A stretch of 64,000 nt of DNA, from positions 3,463,675-3,527,674 of the forward strand of contig CAJINV010000001.1 in assembly GCA_905178155.1 (NCBI GenBank), in the 5' to 3' direction. The notes beneath the pieces were generated by a model. It ran no database searches and had not been told where the DNA came from. It saw nothing but the letters and a program-made list of their open reading frames with translations. This DNA is from Amoebophrya sp. A120 (lineage: Eukaryota; Protista; Dinoflagellata). Of the stretch, positions 13,100-27,922 are shown in pieces (positions within the stretch are counted from its first letter, which is position 1; each line of letters opens with the position of its first letter). The position numbers and the translations under genes are program-made.

Positions 13100-13695
13100 A
13101 AACTCTCAATTGTAGTTTTCGGTTCGTGCTTCCGCGGACACCGACACTTTTCTCTTTTCGCGACAAATGTCTTGTGTCATAAGAAAAGATACTTGGAAAG
13201 GGAATGGGAGTCGTAGTACTTACTCCTTGGGGATATTAAAAAGGCCTCTCTAACCGCTCTGAATGTACTGACCATGCGAGCCAAGAGGCCCAGAGTTAAA
13301 CACAGATATCATTATCACCCAAGTGAGCTTGCGCAGCTGAAGTGTAGGTCGGGCTCAAACGGGAGGACCTTTGTTTTGAAGGAAATTGATGTTCTAGTGG
13401 GATAGTTAGTCCCGATGTGGGCTGAAGAAAACTTCTTCTGGCAGTGTATAACCGATCATCATCCCTGAAAAGCAAAGCAGATAGAAAAAGGTGCTGCGGA
13501 GAGAGTGAGAGAAATGAAAGTTTTGGCGCGTACTTTTTTGTTCATTTCTTGAAGTGGCTTGTAGACTTACGTTTCGGTGTATTGGATATCGAATGTTTTG
13601 TTGAAATTCTTGAGAGCGCAGTTTAAAGGAGCAGATTTTTTGAAATGTAATGCTAGAAAAGCCCTGAAATTCACGAAGGTCAAAAATCATCCAAA

Positions 13696-16600
13696 ATGCC
13701 GGAGCTCTCTGCCGAATCGCTGAGAAAGATTACCTTGGTGCAGCGCCAACGGGCCGAACTGAGCGCGCTAATTGACTGGGGCACGAAGCCGGAGGAGTAT
13801 CTGCGGGAACGTCTTACCGCCCCGTGGAAGGGCGGGGCCAGCTTCTTCTGTTGTTTCGGGATTCTGCTTGCCGGGAGCGTGTTTGCGCAATTACATCACA
13901 AGTATGAAGAGCGGCGACTCGCCGCGAAGAGAGAGCAAGCTGCCGGGGCGTTGGAGCCGTTTGGAACACATGCACAGCCGAGGGAGTCCGCTGTGCTAGC
14001 GACGGTGAGATTTTGCATATTCAATGTCTTCCTTCCGGCGTTGTTCTTGCGCCACTTGTGGCGACTCGACGTAGGTCAGGACAGCGTCGTGCAGAAGTAT
14101 TCGTGGCTGTCGCCGACAGTCCACATTGTGTGGATTTGCCTAACCTGGGTCCTCGTCCGGGAACGGCGACGGAGCTGCCACGAGCACTACAGCAGAGAGC
14201 ACGAGCAGTGGCGGAGTACTTGTCTTCATAATAGGAAGTTACGATTTTTCCACTGTTGCTTGTAATGCATGTTCATCATTCTACTCCATCAATTCGTGCG
14301 AAGAATGCGTTCATTGAGATGAGAAGGAGCCTTCAAAAAAGCACTACTCGGCAAAAGTATTGCAATACAGCCCACTTCGCGGTCGAAAACTCGGATTTCC
14401 TTGTCCAAGAAAGCTGGGAGTGGCCGGCGCACCGCGAGCATGCAGTGGGAGATGATTACAATGACCCTAGTACAACAAGAAAAATGCGAGGACCGTCGCG
14501 GGAATTCCAGTACACAACAGGAGTTCCGCCCTTTATTCCCCTCGAACCTGCTGCGCAGCGACCATCCGAAGAGCCGATGGGGTCTCCGGAGTGCGATGTA
14601 GAGGACCTTTCTGCCGAGGACGATTACGATCTGGAGTCGCCACCGTTGGGTTCGCCTCCGCTCGGCAACGGCACCGACCACCCACACCACGTCCAAGTGA
14701 ATAGCAGCACGGGGATTGTCGTGTCGGGGGAGATGCAGCTCCAGAACCCAGGCGGAATGAATATCTTGCAGGCCAACAGGAGGAGTGACGAAAATAGAAC
14801 AACATCGTCCAGCAGTAGTTGTACTAGCAGTTCGACTACCGGTGATCGTAATTTTCGAAACGCAAACAGCAATTTTACTTCCGGCTCTACACATCGAACT
14901 TCTTCCAGTCCGAAGACCAAGATCACTCCTCCGAGTGCAGCGCGCATTGCAAATTTCGTCACGGGCGGGAAGCTGAAACAGCCGGCAACGCCGTCTACCC
15001 GAAGTGCCGAGACGACTTTGTTTTACGAGCACTCGCCTGACTCGTCCGCAAGGACGGAAGCCAGCAGCGTCCTCGAGTGGCAGAACGAAAGCGAGGACAC
15101 CAGTGGGGTATTGATACGAACAGCGGTTTATGTTTGTGTGAGTTTGTTGATTTGATGTCGAGCTCTCGGTATTTAACAGGATCGATTAGGTTACTTACAA
15201 GCATTTTTCTTCTTTCATCTGAATCGCAAGATTTGATGCACGGCGCGGCTCACGCAAAAGCTATTGCATGAAAAATTTCTGACCACAGCAAAGTCCCTCG
15301 GACCTGGACGAGCAAGACTTAATCACGGGCGCGCTCGAGGAAAAGAGGGGGTTCCTGGGCATCTTTTTCGACAAATTCAAGCGGGTAATATTGCCGTCCT
15401 TTTTCCTCACGAGCTCGTCGACGTCGCGGAACAGTCCGAACGCGGATCTGCATCGGCAGGCGCCTCCCCCGGACGAAGATGGTTCTACTTTTCACCTACG
15501 AACAAGCTCGTTCTCTCCTTCGTCCGGTGTCGCGCAGGCGATTTTGCCCAATGAGAAACCTTGCAAGATGAATTATGGGCAACAAGCTGCATCGGCTTCT
15601 AGCCGTGGCGCGTTGATGCGTGCTCCTGTTACAACCTACCCCGGCAGGGCCGCGGCGGGTAATATTCACAGCAGCAGCAACAGCAGTAGTAGTAGCCAAG
15701 CTCAGAACTACAAGCCCTGTTTATTGCCGCAGAGCAGTAGTTGCACCAAAACGTCGCGGATCTTGAGCTACGAGGACATGACTTCCTTCGAAGACGGATG
15801 GCTCTTGCTCATGTGCAACGGCTGCATGATTTCTTTCCTGTTCCCGGTGATCGCAGACGCGTTCGGGGTCGAGGCAATCAGAAAATTGATCTGGTGGGAT
15901 GTCACCGGGAACGCTTGGGTTTGCCAATTCGGACTCTTCATCTTCGCCGCGGTGTATTCTTCTGCGAGTGCGAATAGTGTCATTTCTGCTGGCGCAGCTT
16001 TCCCGGCAGGAACATCGTCGAGCTCTGGCAGGACCACAGGTTCGAAGGACCACGGCCGAATCTCTTGCTCTTCACAACTCCGTGGATCTTCTTCCGCGAC
16101 CCGTTGCGGCAGTTTCTCCCTTGTCGTTTCAAACAGACAGGGACAACCACCCCACCACGAGCAACAACCGCACTTCTACACAAGTAGTACGCAGCACCAG
16201 CAGCTCCCCATCGACGGCTGTCCGAGCCGACACATCGTCCCCTCGTCGCGGAAGAAGCATTTGAAGGTTCCACCTAGTAGTACAAGTCGCGACGACAGCG
16301 AGGAGGATAATATGCTCGATCAGGGGAAGATAAACGGCCAGAAAGTAAGTAGACCTCGAAGACACACTGTGGATCTAATCTCTGCGTTGGACGTGGAGGA
16401 CGGCGAGGAACCGTACGCCGGAATCCCGCTAGAGGACATGCTCGCGACGGACCCGTTGTCCGCGAGATTTGCGGGATATCACCTGCCCGTGGGCGGCGGC
16501 AAGGGAACGAGCAGATCGCACCCGTCTTTGACCTCCTACGGCTGCTTCTCGTCTTCGTTGCCGGAAAGGGAGCAGGAGTCCTGGGGACGGAGTAGTACTA

Positions 16601-17651
16601 GTTCCAGTAGGTGGTCCTGGCTTGTTTCGTGGCTGTTGCCAACAAGCTGGCTGGAAACGCGCGGCGGGCCGTCGGGAATAGTCGGGGACTACTACGACAG
16701 CTTCGCGGATGCACACCCAGCAAAGCCGTTCGGTGTCCCGAGCAAGAGACTGTGGTCGCAGAGCAGGCGGGTGGAAGACGATGTGCTATTCGGGTATAAT
16801 TTTTCTTCGATTTGTTTGCTACAATCATTGCGAAAAGTGTACGTGGTATGGCAATGCAACTTCAACTTGTACTTGTTTTCGGCGCTCGTCGTGTCCTGCA
16901 GGTAGGCAATTTTACGACGCTTGGCCGTTGCCCTGTTGTTTGATAAAAACAAGTTTGAGAAAACAAATCCTTTAGATTCGGGCAACACACACGCATTACC
17001 ACCGGACAAGTCCTCTATGGATGGATATCGTTCCAAGCGCGGCAGTTTGGGATCTGTTGCTACGAGCTCTACAAACTCTCTTTCGGCAGAGTGGTCGATG
17101 TCGTGCTTCGCAGCGACACGATGCAACGACTGCGCGCACACGCACACACGGTGTTTCTCCAACCAATTTTGGGGGCCATCGTGCTCGGCTGCGTGCTCAA
17201 CGCGTGCGGGGCGAGAATGTCGCCGGACATGGAGAGAATTTTGGAAGTAATCGCCTCGCCATTTCAATTTTCGCTCTACTTTTTATCCGGAGCGAAGGCG
17301 GATTTGTTCGGCGGCATGCAAAATTCGTCGGGAGGCGGGTACTATTCCAAAAATGGGAGGAAGTTGCTCGTCGCCGCCTTCGCAATCCGCACGACGGTTG
17401 TGCTTGTTTTAGCCGCGGGATTGCTCTCGTTCTACGACGCGAATGTTAGGACCTTAGCAATTTTGGCGATCTTGTCGCCGCCATCCAGTTACGGCATCCT
17501 GCTCATTGATTTGTTCAAGTTCCCGAGCTTTTTCGGGCCCCTGACCGTGGCCTTTTGGTCGTTCGAAATGCTTTTGTTAACTTCATTACAAAACTTACTG
17601 GTGTCCAACTACGTAGTAAATGCGCCAGCAGCCGTCGTGTCGAGTAGGTGA
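13696..17651 (+). CDS. Auxin efflux carrier (AEC/PIN/PILS)-family membrane transporter with long low-complexity loops, multi-exon
   Basis: FNVFLPALFL, CNGCMISFLFPVIADAFG, QPILGAIVLGCVLNACG, IASPFQFSLYFLSG and LAILSPPSS match the order of AEC-family helices. Confidence 0.6.
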
Positions 17652-18606
17652 CGCGAAAGTCTGAAAATCAAGTAAATGCTCAATTAGAGAACGTTTCGGT
17701 TGCGATCTTCGTTCTTGAGAAGTAGTTTCGCAAATGTTAATATCGCAAGGGCGTGAGGGCTGCTTTTCAAGCTGAAGGACGTTTTGAAAACAGCCAGTAG
17801 GAGCTTCGCCTTGTATGATTCCATGATAGACTGAGTCACATCAACACAACCTCTTGTTTCCTTTTGAATGTTTGCATCCGACGAGATAGAATCCATCTTC
17901 CAAGAAAGCTTTAATGTCAGAAACAGGTCAGCACTGTTGAATTCGACGTTAATATTGCGAGCGCGCAAGGTATGCTGATAAGCATTTTAATGCAGCAGTA
18001 ACGAACAGGATCAGGATGAAAAAGTAAAAGAAAATAAATGCGAGATGAAAAGAACATCGCCCATGATCGCGTGTCTCAAGCAGGATACACCATCGGCAAA
18101 TTCGTGTTGTCCTTTTCGAGCCCGTGCGTAAAAACGCGGTCGTGTTGTTGAGTATCCCTGTGCGCGAACAAAGTTTCCTGACTCACCGTGCGGCCTGAGC
18201 GTGAGTGGCCTGCATGAGTATTCTGGAGAGTCGCTAGTCTGTGCTCCATCGACCAACGACAATGCGGAACATGTAAAATAAGTACTCCACCAAAATAGAA
18301 AGGGCCGTCGGTCGCCCGGTAAATGTACCTTTGCATCCCCCTTGATACTATTTGTGGCCCTCCTGCGGGTAGTCGTAGGGCTAGAGAATGTGGGATCGGC
18401 TCTTCGGAGGAGCTTCTTCCGCTCCCTCAAAGGAGACGCCGGCGGGCGGAGACTTTGCTGCCAAAATTCAGCATTTACTCGGGGGAACTGGTGGCCAGCC
18501 GCCGCGCCAGTTTTCGAATGGCAGGAGCCCGATTCCAGCTGTACAGGCAGCTCCGGGTACTACTTAGATCTTCGAAGATCATGCTTCATGGGGCTACACT
18601 AGTACC

Positions 18607-21600
18607 GTGGGTCACTGTAATTCGTGTTCGTTCGAATGTGTGAGGGTCTGCTCAGAGGTCTATGATGTCCTCCCAGCTCGGTATCTATTGTTCATCTTCA
18701 TCACATCAGGTTTCACGCCGAACTTTCTGGATTCCGTTCTTGTGCCACCGCCTGCGGGGGATAACGAGCCACCGAGAAGAAGTGCGGCAACCGCAACGCT
18801 ACCCCAGCGAGAGGAAGATGCACCGCTCTCCAGATCAAGTGCTATCTCTTTCCAGCCACCTGTCATGATGCAGCCGCGCGAGCACTCACTGTTGCGTTCA
18901 TCAAGAACAAATCCTGGTCTCACAACTCTCGTTGCACCAGCGATGCCGCGAGCACCTCCGATTCTAAGTACTGCGACAAGTTTGGCAAATACAGGAGCAG
19001 GAGCAACGGATCATTTACAACTTCGTGCAGCAACTACTACACCGATCGGCACTCGCGCGGAGCCAATTTTTGCGTCTAGGGGCTTTGGAGAGGAGGGGGA
19101 TGACTCCGCCGACCACACACGGAGCGGGCTGCCGGCTCATATCACAACTGTGAGCTCCTACAGTCGCACGCCCACGCAAGCGGGGGCGAACTCGCATCTG
19201 CGGTCGGCGGACCGCTTCCGGGGAGGGCGAAGTGGGGCAGCTGCCAGTGCGCCTTGGCTTGGGACCACCGAGTCGGGCAACGACGCGGGCGGCGGGCCTT
19301 TGCTCTTTTACCCCGCGACGAGGTCCACTAGTAGCAGTACACCGCACCAACAGCTGCTGCAACCACAACCAGGGAAGATAATATCAAGTACAACGACACC
19401 ACTGTTCGTCTCCAATACAACTACGTGGAAAAATTATACAGCTGGATCTATTTCTGCAGTAAGCGCCGCGACACCAACACCGCTAGAAGCCGAAACCGCT
19501 CCGCTCCTGACCCAGTCGACCCGCGCGATGAGCTACATGCGGCTGCCTTCACCCCGGAAGGCGAGCTTGTCGCCGCGGAAGGTTGCTCCTCCCTTGTCTG
19601 CCCGGTCGGCGCGAGGAGACCACCCCTCGATCGTGATCTGCGAGCAAGGATCAATCTTGCCTGAGACCGCAGCGTCGAAGGCAACCGGCTGTCCGACGCC
19701 ACCGCCCGCGAGCCCCAGCCTGGTGAAGTTTTCGGAGCTGTCGGCCGAGAGAAACAAGCGGCGTGTGGTGGCGTTTCGGGTGGAACAGAAGGTCGGCAAT
19801 GAGAGCTCGAGCGGTTCTTGTTCCGCCGCGTCACCGACTTCTAGAGGTGCGAACGTTCATCGGCGAAAGGATTTTGACTTCCAGCGAGAGTCCGTCGCTC
19901 TTTCTTCCGCCGTCGCAAGTCCGACCGGAGGAGGTTCAGTGGTCACGAAGATGAATCCAGTTACTTCCACTTCGAGCCCCGCAGTGCATTTCTCGGTAGA
20001 CGCGGATGAAGATGACTCGGGGAGTGTTTTCGCCGATGGCTCCCCCGCTTCGGTGAGACAGAAACAGAGGATGCTTGCTGCAACTAGTACAACATCCTCA
20101 TCCGGTAATATAACATCGTCGGCATCAGCGTCGTCGTCTCGTCGGCCGATTGCGTATCGCTCCTCGCCACAAAAACTGGTCATCCCGGGGCTAAGTCCGC
20201 AAAAAACCAATTACCACCACGGATTTGCAGATGCGTCCTGCTCACCACCAGGCTTCGAGAGACAGAAAGACGAAGGAGAAATGTTGAAACCTTCCGGAGC
20301 TGCAACGGGCGCGGTAACTGCAAAGGTGAGCAGCCAGACTCCTGCTGGTGCTGCTGCTGCGAGCACAAATGAGAAAAGCACACAGCGGCCGCAGTACCTG
20401 AAGCAGCTGGACGCAATATCGCGCGTGATTCCCTCAGCGCGCAAAAACTCGCCAGTGGTGCGGCGCAACAAGTTTTTGTCCGAGTCCCCGCCTTTGAAGA
20501 AAAGCGAGCCGACAGTGCGGGAAGCTGCAAACAAGAATGAAGCACGGCAGCGGCAGGAGACGCCTGCGGAGCCAGAGCCGCGTGTGGTGAATAAAGGAAT
20601 TACAACTTCAGCAGGAAGTAGTAGTGAAATTGAACCAACTGCAGCCAAATTTGTAACAAGAGCGCCCTCAACTTCCTCTTGCACCTCGTTCGGTGAAGCC
20701 TACCGGTTTTCCCGCGGCGCGCTCCTGGCGCCAACCACCAGCAGTCCCATGAAGCGAATCTTATCCACCGGACGAACGGTTTCTATTTCACCAACAAAAT
20801 CCGCGGACGAGGACAATAACCCCTCCCCTGTCGTGCAGTGCACCTATGAGGGAGAGGATAGTGATAGCGAATCTCCACGTGTGGTCGCAATATCCGACGC
20901 GTCGCAGGCACGGGTTCTTTCGCGAGTGCTGCAAGCGCCGCTGCTGGCCCCGAAAGATGCAGTGGAGATTCCGGAGGTGGACCTCGCGGAGATGGACTTG
21001 CGCACGGTGGAAGAGGACTGGCAGGAGGAAAATTCCTTGCACGTCGCAGATCTTGATGTTCATGCGGATGACGAAGAGGAACCTTCGGCAATCCTCGAAG
21101 ATCAAGATCATTTTCCAGCAGTCGAGGAAGAGGAAATGAACGGTACAACTTCGCGAGAGCAGGACATCAAGGAGGAAGTGGATCACGTGCAAAAGCTCTT
21201 CGAAAAGATCGAAGACGTGCTGGATCGCGTGCAGGACCAGTCTGATTCTTCTTTCAATTTCGGCAAAGCTTGTTTTGCGCAGGAGGACGACGAGGTGTAC
21301 GAATCAGGTCCTCCAAGTAGAACCGAAGAAGTTGTGGCGTCAGAGGTGGTCGATAGAAGTTGTAAACCCGTGGAGCTTTTGACGAAGCTCGTGGAGTCCT
21401 GTGAGTTGACGCGCGTGAGACGTCTAGGTCCAGCTGAGTTGTGTGTACCGGAATTGCAACCCACCAGGGCGGGCGTTCTATCGCCGCCCCCGGAGCTGGA
21501 AGAGGAGCTGGAAGATGCGATTGTTGTTGGAACAGAGGTTTTGGCGCAGCAAACAGCCGCCCCAGGAGCTGCAAATCAGGATGATGATGTCCTACCGGGT

Positions 21601-24600
21601 GCTGGTTTCGGCGCTGGCGCTGACAGCACGATAGTACAGTTCGAAAACCACGACCCTCTACTGTCCACGCACGTCTTCACCAGAAGTTCGCCAGTGTTTG
21701 CACCTACTTCACCCGCATTCAACAAGCAAGGAGTTTTTGCCAGTACTAGTCGCCATAGTCCTGCTGCCTACGACGCAGAGGAGGGACAAGAGCAAGAGCA
21801 GAACCAGGAAAGAACAGCGCACGAACTGAAGGACCACCGGGGGGTTTACCAAGAGAAGCAGCTTGAGTCCTCCACCTCTCAAGTACCGTTATTAACTGGA
21901 TCTTCCGGACGCGCCAGTTCGTCTTCCTCGAAAAATTCAAAATCCAGCGTGACGCGGCGGCGGATGCGCTTGCGGGTGGACAAACTCCGGTCTCCCAACC
22001 GTCGAGCCCGGCGGGCGTCGCCGTCACTCCGGAGAAAAGCGGCGCTCGACAGTGGCATCGCGACGAATTCTCACGGTAAACCAGGGAAGAAGGAAAAGTC
22101 GCCGGTATTTTTTCATAAGTAGGAAATTGCGTCATTTCTATTTCATCTTCGTAGACGGAGCGTGGGTCGTTTTTTATGTGCAAATTGCAATTGGAAATAG
22201 ATAACCGCGGCAAATTATTAACCCAACTTCTCTTCTTCTTCAAACACACAGGTGTCTATGCGGTCCGGGTGGGGTAAGCCGGAAAATCCGTTCGCGAATA
22301 TGGAGTTTTTCAGTCATTCCGCGGGTTCGCCGAAACCTTCTTCAAGCCTCATCTCTCCGTCGGACGGGTCGATCGTGTGTGACGGAAACCTTCTCCCTGC
22401 CATACCGCCGACCCCAACGCCGCAGAAGTACGAAGAGTATGATTTGTCAGCACGTTTTATTTCCAGCGAAGGGCCGCATCAAAGCTCGTCGGACACCGTG
22501 ATTCAAGTTCGAGAGCAACAAATTGATGTCGCAGGAGACGTCGTAGTTCGTGAGAAGCAGCAAACCTCCGCAGTGACAAGTGAACCCGGGGACAAATCGG
22601 GGTTCTATACTGCTCGGACCCCAGAGGAGGCGGAGGCGGAGACATATTTCGGGGCGGACGCCCTAGCGAGCCTCGAACCGGAAATAGCGGAACTCTTTTC
22701 CCTCGCCCCCGACGCATCGGAAGCCCGCGTGCTGCTCGAGCAGCGACCCGACACGCCGAAAACCATCTCGCGAATACCAAAGCCGTCAGCGCCGGTCTCG
22801 GCAGAGAAGCCGCCCTTTCAACGCGCCAACAAGTACTACAAACCAGAACCAGGAGCAGCTGTCAAGATGCAGCCTTCTGCAGTGCAACTATCGACGAACT
22901 CAGATCTGGACGTGGTACCAATGGCGTCCGTAGTGTCACCAGCAGTTGAGCAGCGCACAGCTTCGGCGTCTAGCAGCTACGGTTGGATATCAGCTGACCG
23001 ACACAACGACGAGTTGATACGGTCGGCGCAGGACAGCTTATCTGCCGTGATGGAGGATGTGGCGAAACCGAGGATGGTACCGTCGAAGAGCACAGAAGTA
23101 GCAGATGCGGCGAGTACTAAGGCAAATGTGCAGGAGTCTGTTGCGACAGCGAACGAAATAACCTTCGCGGAGCACTTCGGTTTGGATCCAGAGCCGGCAC
23201 CCGACGCTGTCTTGGGATCAGCAGGCTGGCGAAGTAGGTCTGTTTCAGGCGATATTAGCGGGAAAGGAAGTAAAGCGCACTCGTTGAGTACCGCCGCAGG
23301 TTCAGAAAACGCCACCCCAGCGGTCTCAATCGAGCAGAGCAACCTTGTGGCCCGCACAACAACTTCGCGCGAGGAGCAGCCAATCTTTCCGCAACTGAAC
23401 TACACCGAGCCGGGAGTCTCTCTCCAGGATGCCTTTGCTAAAAAGTTCTCCGGGCACTTCGAGCGCAGCAAAGCGCGTGCAGAGGCGCGGGCGGAGCGGG
23501 CGGCAAAGCGAGCGGAGAAGGAAGCTGAGGAGGAGCGGGAGAAAGCGAGACGGGCTGAGGCGCTTCGGAAAGCGCAGGCGCTTGCCTTGAAGCAGGAGGC
23601 TGCGAGGGGCAGAGCACGCAGCATGACCGCTTCGGGCGAGGAGAGTGCGAAGTCACAACCTGGTGGTAGCTTTTCGGCCTCGACGTCCAAGAACGGAAGA
23701 AACAGCGCCAGCTCGACCGCGTCAGATCAAGCGAAAAAGAAAACTGCGCCGGGCAGCGGTTCTACGAGCACGAGAAAAGACCACCACCGCGGCGGAGGTG
23801 GAGCTACTACGCGAGCTGCTGCTCCCTTTGCCGGCACGACGACTAATGGCGGGCAAAAGCAGCAGGCCACGACTTTCCTTCCTCCATCCAGGCTGGCGAC
23901 GAGTCAATCCGCGAAGGAAATAATCGGAGAAGAGGAGAACCTCAGAAACAAGGATGTTGAACAACAAGCACCGACGTCAAGTAAAACTAAGCCAAAAAAC
24001 AAGAACCGCTACAACTTTTTCGAGGGGCTGGTTTCGGCGTCTCCGTCTGAGGAAGAGATTTCTGGGCGGCCAGGGCGACTGCGATCGCAGCAAAGGAAAA
24101 AACTCGGGAGCAGCACCGGCATTGTTGACGAAGAGCAGAAGTGTCTCGACGAGGAGAGAAGTAGCAAACTATCCAACAAGAAATCTGCTACGTCCAAATC
24201 TTCTCTCTCCGTCAGTAGCAGTCGAGAGACGACACCGCGCGTTGCGCGATCCGCGTCGAGTCGCGCCAAGTTGAGCGGAAAACCTCCGCCACCCCCTGCA
24301 TTTTCGGCGAAAGCACAAATCGCTAGGACGAATCATGTCACAACCACTGCTGAACAAGAAGGATGTCGATCGTTATCGGAACACGTAGGAGATGAACAGC
24401 AACCCTCGTCTTCACTCCAGCAGACCGCGGACAGAATCAATGAGAAAGCCGCACCAGCAACAAGCGGAAAAAGTGCTATGGAGTTTTCGGAGAAGCAGTT
24501 TTTGGCCGCTCTGAAAAATTCTCCAATGTTGCAGAATCTGACGAAAAGTGGTAACGACGATTGCCTGCTCTGCAACAAAAGTGATGTGGAGATGGGTCTG

Positions 24601-24714
24601 CATTTCTGCATGGACTGCGAAAACAAAATGTACGAGGACATCAAGGACAACTTTGCGGAGAAAATGCACCTGATGATGAACAAGAGCAACACATCAAAAC
24701 GCAAGGCTGATTAG
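18607..24714 (+). CDS. Large (~2000 aa) S/T/A-rich low-complexity protein with coiled coil and C-terminal CxxC...CxxC
   Basis: ORFs 18607-22122 and 22252-24714 joined in frame by GT-AG intron 22105-22251; true start uncertain. Confidence 0.65.
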
Positions 24715-25238
24715 ACGAGCACATCAACGGTTCTTGTTGATGCTTGTTTATGAAGATTGATAAAGAATCGCTACGGTTTCAGTTTCAAGTTTAGTTTCAA
24801 ACTAGTACACGCTCGCAGTTTCCGCTGCATTCTGCGTCCCACGAAAAAATCACGATCAATTGCGAAGAAGTCAAGGCCATTGGCCAAGCTTGTTGGTGAG
24901 CTGTTCTATTTCGAACTCGTGTTTCAAGTTACGACAAGGACAAAGTCTTTCAGATTCGCCGAGTGTCGCCGGTATTAAGTAGCTAGGTGTGTCACTAACA
25001 AGGGTGGAGCGCTATCATACATAGATCCAATCGTGATGGTTCTTCGTGCTCGATTTTCGTTCGAGAATTTGTCAAGACAACCAGCGGGGGAGAGGATCTT
25101 CTGAGAGGCTTGTTATTGTTCGTTCAGGAAGAGGACACGCAGAGCACGAACTTGTTGAAGTTGGATCAGACAGGAATCTACAGAAAGCCGGTAAGTAGTT
25201 GTCCTTGTACTTCTTACAAGGAACAAGACGCACAAAAA

Positions 25239-26059
25239 ATGAACCACCCCCGATTTCATAGTATGCGGGAGGACGGGAACCGTTCGGCTTCGCAGCAACG
25301 AACGACCTCGAGCTCCTCCCAAGGTCGATTTTCACGGAGTAATAGCATGACCGTGCTGACCAGGCCGGAGGCAGACCCACGGAACTGGTTTCTCTCGAGC
25401 CAGCGGAAGGAGTACAACCTCACGGGAAAGACAAGAAAGGAAAGGGAACAGTTCCAGAGTATACCGGCGGTGCCGACCAACAATTTTACACCCGAAAGCA
25501 CATGTACTAAAATGTCAATGTCGACCTTGATGTTGAATTTTTGGGTTGACTGGTCGCGCTCAACATCGTCCAGTTTGCTTTTGGGTTTTAGTCGGAGCAG
25601 CTTCACTTTGGTGTGCTGGGAGAGAATTTTCTACCCTCGCATTGGGAGTAGAGCGCACTTGCTTCATAAACATGCAAAATCTTTTTATCACAGATGGCGT
25701 GGACCCACAAGCGAAGGTGAAGAGCCAACTTTCCGGCCTCGATGCGTGTTTCAATGATACGGTGCGACACATAAACGACTTTTACTTCCGCCCTTACGTC
25801 CGTCAAGATTTCACGCGGAGCGCACTGGTAGGAAGTCTTGCTTTTCATTAAGCAGAGCCTTTCTACTATGACAAAAAAAAATAATTTCCAGTGGCACTTG
25901 AAGGCAACATCCATGCTTGAATCGACTTGTAGGAAGAAAGTCTTAGAAGGAGGACCTCGAATAAATAAATGAATCTTTCAGGTGCAGAGCCACGAACCCC
26001 AGCGGCAGCGGGAATACATGCCAACAGCGGGCACGAAGTCCCATTATCCGCGAAGATGA
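25239..26059 (+). CDS. Small hypothetical protein, about 3 exons
   Basis: GC-richer coding-like blocks 25239-25490, 25693-25828 and 25982-26059 separated by AT-rich intron-like stretches. Confidence 0.45.
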
Positions 26060-26940
26060 GTCAAGTCTATCAAGTTTTTGCTGGCATGCAAGATTTTCTA
26101 CTACCATCCAGGTTTGAACTTCAGATCCATGTACAATTGCCCAGGTAAAGTGTTAATCTTTGAATGGCCAAACCGAATGTAAGAATGTTGTTGCGTGGAG
26201 GTCCAATGAGCATCTTGGCGTCCCGAAAGAGGAAAGAGGGCAATCATGTCCTGGTTTGCACCATAGAAGGGCAACAGCGAACTTGTTCGAGCGACCACCT
26301 AGACTAGAGAAAAAGAGCCACACGAAGACGGCCCACTAAGGCAAGCGAACAATCAAATCCGCATCGTGATGCTGTATACATAATAGCACTGCGTGCAGCC
26401 CTGAAGTTGTCGATCTGTATCATCACAGGAGCAGACGTTGGGTACTATATCATGCCGTCGCGTAGTCGCTGCCGTTCGGAAGTTGAAGTTCCAGAAGTCG
26501 TTTTTTTATATGCGCCGCAGCCACTTGCACTTCCCTGCATTTCTTTGTAAAACGTGCCTTCTCGTCGACATGAGTCGTTTTCGTCACCACTCGTTCTTTT
26601 GGTTTCTTTTCTTTCCTGATTGTCGTGTCGTTCCAAACCGCGCGATGGGTTCCTGTCGTTCGCAACGTGACATTTTACAAAACAAGAATGTGTGCTCGTC
26701 GTAAAAATCGTTCTGCTTCGTGCTTTCTTGGCTGTGGCGGTTTCGATGGTCTTTTAAAATGCGGATGGGAAGAACAAGACAAACATTCAGGATTCAGTCT
26801 GAGGACCTTTCGTTGTAACTAGGTTTCCATACAGCCAGTACTTGACGAAGCTCAGTCGGTTGTGCAGCAACTCTTGGAAGCAAGAGATAAATCGCTCTAA
26901 GAAAACGCCAGCCCATTTTGCCCTTCCGTCGTTGGGAAGG

Positions 26941-27922
26941 ATGAAAAGACTCATGACCGTTTGCGCGCTGGCGGAAGCCGCTATTCTTGTCGGCGGAGCG
27001 CGGCAGAAGCAGAAGGCGACCAGAGTGAAAAAGTTGCGCGGACGAAAGGCAGAGAAGGCTCCTGGCACTCGTCCTGAAGGGCGGAAAGAGTGTCCAGAAG
27101 AAATCCCGATCATGAGTGGTAACATTGAACTGATATCCCGCTGGAAATAATTTTCATCCCTGAGAGCAGACACAGTTCGACTTTGAGGCCATTATACTTA
27201 CTTGCTGCAGCCCCTAGAAGCTGTTAATGCGTGGTACGTAGATACAGGATTAGGGAAGATAAAAATAACATGCAGCATTATCATGCGCTGCAAATTTGTA
27301 AAAGGACAGCAAGACGCACAGTCAGACGCAGTTTTGTCCTTTGCATTGATTTGCCGACCAACCGGCTTCGCGTGAAGAATCTCACGAGAGGACGTATTTT
27401 GTGTACTAGTGCTTCCGTGCGAAAATGGATGAATAGTTTCGATTACGCATGATCGACAGGAAGAGTACGATGCTTACTTCTTTGTCCGTTGCTCGGGATG
27501 GAGCATTGTTTTCAATTGGATACCACAACTGGGATTTTAGAAAATGCGACAAGAACGGGGATAATTGTACGAGGCGTTCTATCAATTTCGACACCGGACT
27601 GACTGAAGAAGGGAAGCATGGATCGGGCGAATTGGATTGTTGGAATAACGGGAAGATGGATCTGTGCAAAGAAAACGAGGTGTGCTGCAGGCACTGGCCT
27701 CCCTTTGTGCATGGCTCCAACCAGGATGAGTGCCCCACTGTTAAGCCCTTGCACGTCACACAAACTGGGCACTGGGGCGACCTCAACAAGCACCGCTGCA
27801 TCAGTAAGTGCTACGCAAAAAAGATCTGCCGGAGCCTGGACATTGTAGCATACAAGTTGCAAGTTTGGACGGAAGACGGAAGCGACTATGTCATGGAGCC
27901 TGCCCTGGACCCGGCCTGCTAA
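26941..27922 (+). CDS. Small secreted Cys-rich protein, 2 exons
   Basis: Hydrophobic leader MKRLMTVCALAEAAILVGG, basic pro-like segment, Cys-rich exon in ORF 27449-27922; junction approximate. Confidence 0.55.
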
